A DNA stretch of 64,000 nt, taken from contig CANIBL010000001.1 of assembly GCA_947466225.1 (NCBI GenBank), positions 20,720 to 84,719 of the forward strand, in the 5' to 3' direction. The DNA is from Deltaproteobacteria bacterium (GTDB lineage Bacteria > Bdellovibrionota_B > Oligoflexia > Oligoflexales > Bog-1112). Below the pieces are notes generated by a model. That model did no database searches. It was not told where the DNA came from and saw only the letters and a program-made list of their open reading frames with translations. The translations under genes and the position numbers were made by a program. Positions 26,601-36,034 of this stretch are shown in pieces (within the stretch, counting starts at the first letter, position 1; every line of letters starts with the position of its first letter).

Positions 26601-28738
26601 GGCGTACTCCTGCGAGGCAGGGCAGCCAAAATTTGCTCGGCACAACCCGGAATATCGCTTCCCGGGCCAAAAATAGCAGCAACGCCTTGCTTCAAAAGGG
26701 CAGGATAATCTTGTGGAGGGATGACACCGCCCACTACCACACGAATGTCCGAGGCATGGGCATTTCGCAAGGCTTCGAGAACTTGGGGGACCAACAAATT
26801 ATGTCCAGCAGCCTGGGTGGAAATGCCAATGACATGTACGTCATTTTCGATGGCTTGCTGTACCGCTTGCGCTGGGGTTTGAAACAAAGGGCCGATATCG
26901 ACATCAAACCCAAGGTCGGCAAGTCCTGTAGCAATTACCTTGGCGCCGCGGTCATGACCGTCTTGCCCTAACTTCACAATGAGGATACGCGGTTGTCGGC
27001 CTTCTGTTTTTGCAAAGGCAGCAATGGCAGCACAAATTTTTTCGATTTTTTCTGGATGCGCATAGTTTTTCATATAAGTCGAACTCGCCAAAACAATAGG
27101 GGCTTCATATCGGGTAAAAACAGCTTCTAATGCGCTGGATACTTCACCCACGGTAGCACGTGCACGCATGGCAGCCAATGTAGCAGGCAATAAGTTGGCA
27201 TGAGGGTCGCGAGCTGCTTGGGTAAGGGCTTGCAAGGCTTCTGCTACGGCAGTGGGATTGCGACTGGCTTTAAGGACTTTCAAACTTTCACATTGCGAAC
27301 GGGCAACCTCTGCATTGTCGATGGTGCGTACGGGAATTTCCGGTTCCTCGGGATTTTGGTACCGGTTCACGCCGACGATGGTCTCTTCTCGACTGTCGAT
27401 ACGAGCTTGCTTGGCAGCTGCTGCTTCTTCGATGCGTCGTTTGGGGATGCCTTTTTGAATGGCCTCAATCATGCCCCCACAGCTTTCTACTTCTTCTAAA
27501 AGAGTGCGAGCGCGGTTACATAGATCTGTAGTCAATGACTCCATAAAATAGCTACCCCCAAATGGATCGACCGTATGAATCAGATCGGTTTCTTCCTCCA
27601 AAATCAACTGGGTGTTGCGTGCGACACGAGCCGCAAGATCGGTGGGTAAGGAGAGAGCTTCATCGAAGGAGTTGGTATGCAGGCTTTGCGTGCCACCGAG
27701 TACGGCAGCCATGGCTTCTACGGTGGTGCGTACGATGTTGTTATACGGATCTTGCGCAGTGAGGGTGTAACCCGAGGTTTGGCAATGGGTCCGCATCCAC
27801 GAAGACTTAGGATCCTTTGGGTGAAAAGGTTGCAGGACTTCGTGCCACAGACGTCGAGCTGCACGCAGTTTGGCAATTTCCATGTAGAAGTTCATGCCGA
27901 TGCCGAAGAAAAACGAGAGCTGAGAAGCGAATGTATCGACATCGAGTCCGCGTTTCAATGCAGCGCGTACATATTCCAATCCATCGGCAATGGTGTACGC
28001 AAGTTCGAGAACGGCATTGGCGCCGGCTTCTTGCATGTGATAGCCGCTGATGCTGATGCTGTTAAAGTGGGGCATTTCTTTTGAGGTGAATTCAATGATA
28101 TCGGCCACAATGCGCATCGAAGGCGTGGGGGGATAAATGTACGTGTTACGTACCATGTATTCTTTCAGAATGTCATTTTGGATGGTGCCCGTGAGCTTGT
28201 CTCTCGGTACACCGGCTTCTTCGGCAGCGATGATATAACTTGCCAGAATGGGTAGCACGGCGCCGTTCATGGTCATGGAAACGCTTACCTGATCCAAGGG
28301 GATGCTGTCGAAGAGACATTTCATATCCTCTACAGAATCGATGGCCACTCCAGCTTTACCTACATCTGCCAAAACATCCGGATGATCCGAGTCGTAACCG
28401 CGATGAGTGGGGAGATCAAATGCCACGCTCAAGCCTTTTTGCCCAGCGGATAAGCAGCTGCGATAGAAACGATTGGACGCCTCTGCAGTAGAGAATCCTG
28501 CATATTGGCGAATGGTCCAAGGACGGCCCACATACATGCTGGCCCGCACGCCGCGTGTATAGGGAGGAAACCCAGGCAACTCTTCTTGGTAGTTATGTTG
28601 CGTGAGATCAGAACTGGAATACAGTGGATGATACGGAATGCCTTCCGGGCTCTGCCACGTAAGGTCCGATTCTGTTTTCCCGCGGGTTTCTTCTTGTAAG
28701 CGTTGGAGCCAGGTTTCGCGTGTAGGAATAGCAGGCAT
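26597..28738 (-). CDS. methylmalonyl-CoA mutase, single-chain (substrate barrel plus B12-binding domain)
   Basis: [21 protein letters not shown] and the [10 protein letters not shown] block are present. The C-terminal cobalamin motif DxHxxG appears as DGHDRG. Confidence 0.9.
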   Translation of the reverse strand: MPAIPTRETWLQRLQEETRGKTESDLTWQSPEGIPYHPLYSSSDLTQHNYQEELPGFPPYTRGVRASMYVGRPWTIRQYAGFSTAEASNRFYRSCLSAGQKGLSVAFDLPTHRGYDSDHPDVLADVGKAGVAIDSVEDMKCLFDSIPLDQVSVSMTMNGAVLPILASYIIAAEEAGVPRDKLTGTIQNDILKEYMVRNTYIYPPTPSMRIVADIIEFTSKEMPHFNSISISGYHMQEAGANAVLELAYTIADGLEYVRAALKRGLDVDTFASQLSFFFGIGMNFYMEIAKLRAARRLWHEVLQPFHPKDPKSSWMRTHCQTSGYTLTAQDPYNNIVRTTVEAMAAVLGGTQSLHTNSFDEALSLPTDLAARVARNTQLILEEETDLIHTVDPFGGSYFMESLTTDLCNRARTLLEEVESCGGMIEAIQKGIPKRRIEEAAAAKQARIDSREETIVGVNRYQNPEEPEIPVRTIDNAEVARSQCESLKVLKASRNPTAVAEALQALTQAARDPHANLLPATLAAMRARATVGEVSSALEAVFTRYEAPIVLASSTYMKNYAHPEKIEKICAAIAAFAKTEGRQPRILIVKLGQDGHDRGAKVIATGLADLGFDVDIGPLFQTPAQAVQQAIENDVHVIGISTQAAGHNLLVPQVLEALRNAHASDIRVVVGGVIPPQDYPALLKQGVAAIFGPGSDIPGCAEQILAALPRRSTP

Positions 28739-28808
28739 AGGAGAGGTCCTTTTTTACTGAGGAAGCAATGCGCGTCGGGGATCTATGGAGCGTTTGGGGA
28801 GACAGCTT

Positions 28809-29789
28809 CTAAATGCCCTGTACCTCCAGTTTGTTAAATGCAATATATCCGTTGGGGTTGCACAACATAACTTCTTGGATATCTCGATGGTCTGCTCGTG
28901 TCAATCCACCGACCACTGCATGAGTAGGTGGTAAAAAACCAAGATCATAGTCGATCCAGCCTAGTACAGCTTGCTGTACATTGTAAGCAAGGTAGGTGGA
29001 GTTATGCAGCACTTCTTCACAAAAATACTGAACGCGTTTGATGCCAAGAGGGATCCAACGGGGGTTAATGGCTACTTGTAGGGGGTTTTCTCGTAGGTAT
29101 TGCTCGAGGGTATAGTCTACAATATGGCCTGGGTAAGGGGCGGTTTGTTGCGTGGGGTGATGAAATGCTTGGATCGCGCCTACATGGAAAATTTCATGCC
29201 CGTTTGGGGTTTCTTGCCGCCGGGGATTGGCGCGAAAATCCACGAGTTCGATGTCTTTTAGGACCGTATAGCTATATATGGATCGAAATAAACATAGTCC
29301 TGCATGCAACGCTTGAAAAGGGTGAAAAGTTAGGTCTTCGGCTAAAAACCATGGATAAAGTGGTATTGTTGTAGCCCGTGCATGGTCTTCGCAACGATAT
29401 AGCAGTGTGCCTGCTGGTATTTTATGTTTATGGAAGTAGAAGCTGGAATTCATATAATCCACAAGCTCTTGGTGAGTATAGGTTGCTTGCGTTGAATTCA
29501 ACTGCTTCGATGGATCTGGAATCAAATGGGGGCCAGGAGAAGGGGAACCCACTTTGGGAATCTCACGGGCATCTGGGGTAGGGGTTTTATGAGCATCAGG
29601 CTCTGGATGGGGCGACGCTGGAAGGGGAGTAGAATCCGATAGAGGGTCAGGGTAGGGGTCTCCTTGGTGGGGGGCTTCGGGTACTGTCTTTTTCTCCTCT
29701 ATGATTTCTTCGGTGGAATCAGCTTCTTCTTTATGGCGACAGGCGCTCGTTAGGCTCATCGCAACTAGAATCAAAGTCAAAAATTTCAT
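28809..29789 (-). CDS. lipoprotein with a proline-rich linker and an HExxH-containing C-terminal domain
   Basis: I moved the start to ATG 29789, giving MKFLTLILVAMSLTSAC (lipobox). A Pro-rich spacer follows. One HEIFH (HExxH) motif occurs within GHEIFHVGAIQAFHH. Confidence 0.55.
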   Translation of the reverse strand: MKFLTLILVAMSLTSACRHKEEADSTEEIIEEKKTVPEAPHQGDPYPDPLSDSTPLPASPHPEPDAHKTPTPDAREIPKVGSPSPGPHLIPDPSKQLNSTQATYTHQELVDYMNSSFYFHKHKIPAGTLLYRCEDHARATTIPLYPWFLAEDLTFHPFQALHAGLCLFRSIYSYTVLKDIELVDFRANPRRQETPNGHEIFHVGAIQAFHHPTQQTAPYPGHIVDYTLEQYLRENPLQVAINPRWIPLGIKRVQYFCEEVLHNSTYLAYNVQQAVLGWIDYDLGFLPPTHAVVGGLTRADHRDIQEVMLCNPNGYIAFNKLEVQGI

Positions 29790-29800
29790 CGTAGTTCTTT

Positions 29801-30907
29801 CTATGTAGGGTATAATTCTTGATAAACTTGTGTTGTGTGCTGAACCATGCTCGTGGCAGAGAAATTCTCGGCCACATGCTGAGCCAGGGCAAGGCCATAG
29901 GCTGCGCATCGAGTTGGATCTTGCAACAAGGCGGTCATCGCAGTTGCAAGGGCTTGTGGGTCTTGCGGGGGTACAAGTTCTCCGGTTTTGCCTGGGAGAA
30001 TGATATCAGGAATGCCACCTACGTCGCTGGCAAGTACCGGGAGATGGGCTTGGCCAGCTTGTAACAACGTCGAACCCAACCCTTCGCTCACAGAGGGGAA
30101 TACCAACAGATCACAGGCTCCCAGAAATGCGGGGACATCTTTTTGATAGCCCAGAAAATGAATGCGAGCCGAACTAGAGAGACGCGTTGCTTGTGCTGTG
30201 AGCGCTTCTCGCAGCGGCCCTTCTCCTGCAAAGAGAAGGTGAGTATCCCCCATAGAAGTCGGGAGTAACTCAAAGGCCTGCATCAAGGTATCGGCGCCCT
30301 TTTCCTCGGTTAAATGCCCACAAAATCCCACTAACGTGGCAGAGGGCGGCAAGGAGAGAGCCTTGCACCAGAGCGCTTTGGCTGTCACTCGATCCGGGAT
30401 TGCTACGCTGGTTTCTACACAGCTCGGAATTATCCGCATGGCAGAAGCAGGGAGACCGTACATGCAAAGCTGATCTTGGATGGCATGAGAGAGGACAATG
30501 TAGCGCTGTACCACCCAGTTGCTGTACTTGGCACGATGTATCCAACCTTTACGTGGAGCAAACAGGACCCTGCGATGCACAATAGCAGGGATTTTGTTAC
30601 CCAGCAGGCGCAATCCCAACAGCAGACTATGGGCTTGTGCGGTGTGAATATGAAGGAGTTGAATTTTCTCTTGGCGGCACAAAGCAAGAAGAAACAGCAG
30701 GTGAGCCAGTGGACCCCCTTTGGGCAGGATCCGGGTGCGGTCCCAGTAGAATTTGGCAGAGAGCGCAGATTTTCGCAGTACCAAATACGAAGTTACTTCA
30801 GCTGGGTTTAGTCCATGGAGCAAAATACGCAATTGGTTTTGTCCACCGCGAAAAGCGGCACCTGTATCCAAATGCAAGACGCGCAGGGGGGACAACGGCG
30901 ATGTCAT
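29801..30907 (-). CDS. GT-B glycosyltransferase (family 4 / group 1)
   Basis: C-terminal EGLGSTLLQAGQAHLPVLASDVGGIPDII signature. Confidence 0.8.
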   Translation of the reverse strand: MTSPLSPLRVLHLDTGAAFRGGQNQLRILLHGLNPAEVTSYLVLRKSALSAKFYWDRTRILPKGGPLAHLLFLLALCRQEKIQLLHIHTAQAHSLLLGLRLLGNKIPAIVHRRVLFAPRKGWIHRAKYSNWVVQRYIVLSHAIQDQLCMYGLPASAMRIIPSCVETSVAIPDRVTAKALWCKALSLPPSATLVGFCGHLTEEKGADTLMQAFELLPTSMGDTHLLFAGEGPLREALTAQATRLSSSARIHFLGYQKDVPAFLGACDLLVFPSVSEGLGSTLLQAGQAHLPVLASDVGGIPDIILPGKTGELVPPQDPQALATAMTALLQDPTRCAAYGLALAQHVAENFSATSMVQHTTQVYQELYPT

Positions 30908-30931
30908 TGTGTGATCTCTCTCTTCTGGGGC

Positions 30932-31639
30932 CTATACGTTTCGGTATTTGCGCAAGGTGAAGTAATTTTGTAGGTGATGCGAAAGTCGATAGCCAAACAT
31001 GGGGACTCGCAAAAGAGTAAAGGGTTGTGTGAGGGATCGATTTACTCCGATTTCCGTTGTGACCCCATATCGATACCCAGCTTCTTGTACAGCACGTACG
31101 GTCTCTGCATTATAATCGCCGTATGGGTAAGCGAAAGAGTGAACCGTCTTATTCAACTGTTCCTCTAGTTTTTGCTTCGAATGCGTGAGCAACCGTAGTT
31201 GAGTTGCAACGGGAAGTCGGCTGAGATGGCGATGCTCTTGGGCATGACTGCCAATTTCCCAGCCTGCGGCTTGTAACGTACGCAGTTGGTCCCAGGTGGC
31301 GAGATCAGCTCGTGCCGTCTCCCCCGCTTCTTCCCAGTTGTGATGGGATTTTCCCACATCATCGGTGACAGCAAATATTGTAGCGCGCACGCCTTCGCGT
31401 TGGAGAATCGGCAATCCCAGCGTGAGATTGTCAAGATAGCCATCGTCGAATGTCAAACATGCCACCCGAGGTTTTGCGCTTTGCCAGGCTTCGCACAGCG
31501 GAAGAATAGTGAAACCTAGCTGTTGCAACATGCGTATTTGCATACACAGATGCACAGGGGAAACAAACATACGCCGATATCGCGCTTCGGATGTGGGATG
31601 TCCGACGCGGTGATAATTCAGGATGAGAACAACGGACAT
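30932..31639 (-). CDS. polysaccharide deacetylase (NodB/CE4)
   Basis: TFDDGY motif, ATIFAV, and HAQEH histidines. Confidence 0.8.
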   Translation of the reverse strand: MSVVLILNYHRVGHPTSEARYRRMFVSPVHLCMQIRMLQQLGFTILPLCEAWQSAKPRVACLTFDDGYLDNLTLGLPILQREGVRATIFAVTDDVGKSHHNWEEAGETARADLATWDQLRTLQAAGWEIGSHAQEHRHLSRLPVATQLRLLTHSKQKLEEQLNKTVHSFAYPYGDYNAETVRAVQEAGYRYGVTTEIGVNRSLTQPFTLLRVPMFGYRLSHHLQNYFTLRKYRNV

Positions 31640-31843
31640 ATTTAAGGCCTTTCTTTTACTTTACTTTACACGAAATTTGACTTCTTGGAGAAACTGCGCA
31701 GCTGGTTCCGCAAGAAATCAAATTCCAAAAAAACTTTATGCCGCACAACAAATGTCGCTTCCCATAAAAAATACCGCCATTCTTGCCACCGCCGTTCACA
31801 TCCCCCACACTGGTAAGAACAGTTACATACAGCAAGGTGGGCT

Positions 31844-32878
31844 ATGAAACAAAGAGGTCGGGTTCTGTGGTTCTCCGGTGCCATCAGTCTTTTCTCGTGC
31901 AGCGCAGCTCTCCTCACGAGTGCTCTCGCTTTTTCCCGCGAGAAAATCGTTGTACCTCTTGTGCATCAACAGCATCAAGACTCTCTTACCGTAGGGGCCT
32001 TTAATCTGCTCCATTTGGGCTATGGGACCCACAAAAATTATCCACGCGTTGCCCGCATTATCACGGAACATGGCTTTGATGTCTTTGCTGCTGTCGAGGT
32101 AATGAAACCGGAGGGGGCTGAAGCTCTCCTACAAGCATTACGCCAAGCTTCTGAGGCAGACTGGGAATTGGTGCTGAGTGAAGTCCCTACCGGAGAGCGA
32201 ACCTACAAAGAGTATTTGGCCTTTTATTACCGATCCGATCGAATTCAGCCCCTGGAAGCGGATGGACAGTACTGCAGCCGGGAAGATTTGCACGGCTTGA
32301 ATGCAACGCCCCAAGCCTGCTTTGCGCGAGATGAGCATGCCGCTGGCGCAGATTTTGAACGAGACCCTTTTATAGGCCACTTTGAAGCAGAGGGACATCC
32401 CTTGACCCTCGTTGCAGTTCACCTTGTATATGGGGATCAGTCTGCGCATAATATCGAAAAGCGCCAACAAGAAGCGATTGCATTACACCGAGAGATGGAC
32501 CGTATACGGGAAGCCACCCCACAAGCCGAGATTGTGGCCCTGGGCGATTTTAATCTTCAATTGGAAGAGTCAGAAAAACAACGCCCCGCTGCTATGACTC
32601 TACTGCCCGCTAATTTATTCCTTATGGCACATGCCTTTTTTCCAGCGGATCTTTTCCAAGGAGAGCATGCATTGAGTGGCTTGGTAACGGGCCCGACCAC
32701 AGTGGGCTCTTCTAGCTACGACCATTTGCTGGTGTACCAAGATCACCGAGCCCAGTGGAGTGCGCCTAGCATCATCGAAGATGTAGATCGCCATGACCCA
32801 GCTGCCATGGCCTTGTACAAACAGGAGGTCTCCGATCACTTCCCGGTTCAAGCGGTATTGGCGCTGCCAGCTCTATAG
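31844..32878 (+). CDS. secreted endonuclease/exonuclease/phosphatase (EEP) family protein
   Basis: It has a signal peptide, N-terminal FNLLHLG and the terminal SDHFPV catalytic motif. Confidence 0.75.
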   Translation: MKQRGRVLWFSGAISLFSCSAALLTSALAFSREKIVVPLVHQQHQDSLTVGAFNLLHLGYGTHKNYPRVARIITEHGFDVFAAVEVMKPEGAEALLQALRQASEADWELVLSEVPTGERTYKEYLAFYYRSDRIQPLEADGQYCSREDLHGLNATPQACFARDEHAAGADFERDPFIGHFEAEGHPLTLVAVHLVYGDQSAHNIEKRQQEAIALHREMDRIREATPQAEIVALGDFNLQLEESEKQRPAAMTLLPANLFLMAHAFFPADLFQGEHALSGLVTGPTTVGSSSYDHLLVYQDHRAQWSAPSIIEDVDRHDPAAMALYKQEVSDHFPVQAVLALPAL

Positions 32879-32915
32879 AAGAGCGCTTGCTCTATGGGGC
32901 TTCCATGTTAGCCGC

Positions 32916-32944
32916 TTGACTGTACGGGGGGTTTTCGTTATATT
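32916..32944 (+). promoter_or_regulatory. sigma70-like promoter upstream of rplS
   Basis: TTGACT (32916-32921), a 17-nt spacer, then TATATT (32939-32944). It lies about 100 nt upstream of the rplS ATG. Confidence 0.45.
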
Positions 32945-33044
32945 GGCAAGCTTCTGAATGGTTTTCACTCGGTAATTCCAACGCTCGGGCTGTACTTACA
33001 GCGGGGAAAAGTTGGTAAACCCTTAGATTATAATAGGTTGAGCA

Positions 33045-33473
33045 ATGAGAAACCCAATCGTCCAAGCCTTTGAACAAAAGTCCTCCTTGGTACAAGGCGT
33101 GCAGCACCCAAATTTCCGCCCAGGCGACACTGTCCGCGTCCTCTACAAGATCGAGGAGCAAGCAAAAGCGACTGGCGACGCGAAGAAATACCGAATTCAG
33201 GCTTTTGAAGGCGTTTGCATTCGATACAAAAAGGGCGGCGCTGCTTCTAGCTTGGTCGTGCGTAAAATCGGCGCCAACAGCGTCGGTGTAGAGCGAGTAT
33301 TTCCGTTAATTTCCAATATGGTAGACCATATCGAAGTTCTTTCAGGCGGAAAAGTGCGTCGCTCTCGCTTGTACTACCTACGTGAGCTTTCTGGAAAGTC
33401 AGCCCGTATTCGTTCTCGCCGTTTGCCAGCCAACACAGTGTTGGGTACGGTAAAACAAGCTCTTTCTGCCTAA
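33045..33473 (+). CDS. rplS: 50S ribosomal protein L19
   Basis: [29 protein letters not shown] and RRSRLYYLR are present. Confidence 0.95.
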   Translation: MRNPIVQAFEQKSSLVQGVQHPNFRPGDTVRVLYKIEEQAKATGDAKKYRIQAFEGVCIRYKKGGAASSLVVRKIGANSVGVERVFPLISNMVDHIEVLSGGKVRRSRLYYLRELSGKSARIRSRRLPANTVLGTVKQALSA

Positions 33474-33919
33474 GTTTCTTTCAAGGAGGGGCTCCCCCCT
33501 CCCATTTCCTTTACATCTGGAAAAAACAAGACCCGGATTGGGGGTGTCAGTGGCAAAGCCACCACCACCAAATCAAGCCGGGCTTGCCTCCAAGACAACT
33601 TCTCCCCTTGTTCTTGTAAAAACAGCAACACCCCTCGCTGTAGCGCAGCTTGCTTCTTTCGCGGAAGCAGGGTCTCGATGATGCCCGAAAGCGGAGGAAG
33701 ATTGCGTCGCGCCTTTACTTCTACCACTGCTACAGTACCGTGCTTCCATGCGATAAAATCCAACTCGGTACCGCGTCGGCGGTAATTTTGCGCCAAAATT
33801 TCCCAGCCTTGACTTTGATAGCGAGCCGCCACCCAGTGTTCGACACAAGATCCGATTTTACAACGCGGTGAAATTTCGAATGGGAGCAAAGCTTTTGCGA
33901 TGAAGGGAGCATGCGCCAT
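33470..33919 (-). CDS. yraN: YraN-family (UPF0102) endonuclease-like protein
   Basis: [27 protein letters not shown]...VVEVKAR is present. The start is uncertain: ATG 33919 or TTG 33889, and both overlap the rnhB 3' end. Confidence 0.78.
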   Translation of the reverse strand: MAHAPFIAKALLPFEISPRCKIGSCVEHWVAARYQSQGWEILAQNYRRRGTELDFIAWKHGTVAVVEVKARRNLPPLSGIIETLLPRKKQAALQRGVLLFLQEQGEKLSWRQARLDLVVVALPLTPPIRVLFFPDVKEMGGGSPSLKET

Positions 33920-34499
33920 GTTGTTGCAATGCCTCCAGATGATGCTGGGTGCCGTACCCTACGTTGGTTTCCAATCCGTAGTGAGGGTACCGATGAGAGG
34001 CGCTGGTCATGAAGTGATCTCTTTCCAGCTTGGCTAAGATAGAAGCCGCTGCAATGGAAAAGCATTTCTGGTCGCCTTTGACGACAGCTGACTGCGGGCC
34101 CACCCAATGGGGCAGCCCCTGATTGCCATCTACGAGCAGGTGATCAAAAGGGTGCTGCAAAAGCGCCAAAGCTCGTTTCATAGCCAAAAAGCAGGCAAAG
34201 ACAATCCCGTGCGTATCGACCTCTTGTGCCGAGGCCTGCCCCCAAGCGCTATCTCGAAGATAGGGATCCATGCAGGCCCGAGCTTTTGCCCGTTGCGCCG
34301 CAGAGAGAGTTTTGGAGTCGCGAATGAGACTGCGGGTCGACAACGGAGCATCAAAAAGTGCCTCTAAGTCAAGAATGGCTGCAGCTGCATAGACCGGCCC
34401 AGCCAAACAGCCACGGCCTACTTCGTCGACACCACAGAGAATCTTGCTTTGCTGCAGAAGGGGGAGCTCGACTTCTCCCGTAGGAAACGGGGTTTTCAC
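33858..34499 (-). CDS. rnhB: ribonuclease HII
   Basis: CGVDEVGRGCLAGPV active-site motif, with typical length. Confidence 0.9.
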   Translation of the reverse strand: MKTPFPTGEVELPLLQQSKILCGVDEVGRGCLAGPVYAAAAILDLEALFDAPLSTRSLIRDSKTLSAAQRAKARACMDPYLRDSAWGQASAQEVDTHGIVFACFLAMKRALALLQHPFDHLLVDGNQGLPHWVGPQSAVVKGDQKCFSIAAASILAKLERDHFMTSASHRYPHYGLETNVGYGTQHHLEALQQHGACSLHRKSFAPIRNFTAL

Positions 34500-34500
34500 G

Positions 34501-34836
34501 CTACAACGCTTTATCGATCATGGCGGCCAGCTTGTCTTTTGGCACAGCGCCCACAGTTTGATCGACTACGGCGCCTTTTTTGAACAAGGCCAAGTAGGGA
34601 ATGGAGCGCACCCCATATTGCACGGGAATGTTGGCATTCTCATCCACGTTCATTTTGGCGATAATGGCTTTACCTTCATACTCTGACGCAAGCGTTTCCA
34701 ATGAAGGCGCAATGTTACGGCAAGGGCCGCACCATGGGGCCCAAAAATCCACAAGAACAGGAACAGATGCATTCAGCACAGTCTGTTCAAAGGTACTATC
34801 GGTTACTTCTACGGTATGCATCCCAGTATCTCCCAA
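34501..34836 (-). CDS. trxA: thioredoxin
   Basis: WAPWCGPC motif, 111 aa. Confidence 0.92.
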   Translation of the reverse strand: MGDTGMHTVEVTDSTFEQTVLNASVPVLVDFWAPWCGPCRNIAPSLETLASEYEGKAIIAKMNVDENANIPVQYGVRSIPYLALFKKGAVVDQTVGAVPKDKLAAMIDKAL

Positions 34837-34965
34837 GTTGATCGATCGCTGAAAGTTCTACCAAAATTCAGAAGAATCCGGGAGGCATAAATGGATCATT
34901 TCACTTATTCATGCTAAAACAGCTACTTAGGAAGCATTGACTCCTCCTTTTTTGCTGGCGCGGAA

Positions 34966-35970
34966 ATGCAGGCCCTCTCCTTATATGGGGGCTTTATGGG
35001 GATTCAGCAGCTTGTCTATCGAAAATCTATACAACGCATCGACGCATCTTCTACCGGTATAAATGCGTTTGTTACGGCCCATCGTCCGCTCAAGGCTGCC
35101 CTAGAAGCATTGCCGACACAAGGATCAGGGGCCCCTCATCTTTTGGTTGCAGGCACTGCAGGTTCGGGGCGTACTACCTTTGCCCGCGCTGCCTGGCGTA
35201 AAATCCGCCAACCCTTACGCCCCTTTATCTATGTGTCTTGCAGCAGCCTGCGAAGATATCAAGATATATATCGATTGTTGCAGCAAGCGCGCGGAGGCGA
35301 CTTGGTACTGACAGATATAGAGTTTTTCCCCGCGTTTTTTCTTTCCACATGGCTGGAGGCAGTCGACCGATTGGGCTCGGTACGGGTCATTGGACTATAT
35401 GAATGCCGAGATCAAAAATCTGCAGATGCCTTTTTCTCTCGTTGGGACATGATATTTGAGCGTCGGGTCTATTTGCCACCGCTACGAGAAAGAGCCGAGG
35501 ATATTCCGCTACTGGTAGCGCAGACCTTACATCTATACCCCAGCATCAGTCTTGCCCCCGCTGCGTTACGAAGCTTAGAGACGGCTTCTTGGCCAGGTGA
35601 AATTGCGCAGCTGATTTGTCATGTCAAAAATTTGGCGCAACAAGGACTCAAGCAGCAGCAATTTGTGATTGCAGAAGCACAAATTGAAACGCGCCCTGCT
35701 TACGGGCGAGCCGAGCTTGCCTTTTTCTCTGTCTGTGAATGGGTGCGCGAGGAGGGATTGTTGGCAATGGCGCGTCGCTGGGGGATGAAATATACGGGAC
35801 AGATGGTGGATGCCGCCATCTTGGCGCTCACCTTAGAAGAATGTGTGGGCTGCACCCGTCAAGCCGCTCATCTACTGCAAATGCCAGTTACAACCTTAGC
35901 CCATCGTAAAAAGGTCTTACAGCAAATGGTCCACTTGCTGGATTTTGCCCCAGCCCCCGCCGTACAATAA
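34966..35970 (+). CDS. degenerate sigma54-activator-like AAA+ protein with a C-terminal Fis-type HTH
   Basis: Walker A-like GTAGSGRT has R in place of K, and the Walker B region is LVLTDIEF. LPPLRERAEDIPLL is typical of enhancer-binding proteins. No GAFTGA-like loop is present. The C-terminal HTH is CTRQAAHLLQMPVTTLAHRKK. Confidence 0.6.
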   Translation: MQALSLYGGFMGIQQLVYRKSIQRIDASSTGINAFVTAHRPLKAALEALPTQGSGAPHLLVAGTAGSGRTTFARAAWRKIRQPLRPFIYVSCSSLRRYQDIYRLLQQARGGDLVLTDIEFFPAFFLSTWLEAVDRLGSVRVIGLYECRDQKSADAFFSRWDMIFERRVYLPPLRERAEDIPLLVAQTLHLYPSISLAPAALRSLETASWPGEIAQLICHVKNLAQQGLKQQQFVIAEAQIETRPAYGRAELAFFSVCEWVREEGLLAMARRWGMKYTGQMVDAAILALTLEECVGCTRQAAHLLQMPVTTLAHRKKVLQQMVHLLDFAPAPAVQ

Positions 35971-36034
35971 GAAGAGGCGCGGAGATTCGGGGATGACTCC
36001 GCACGATTGGACCTAGCGTGAGAGGCCGAGTCTT

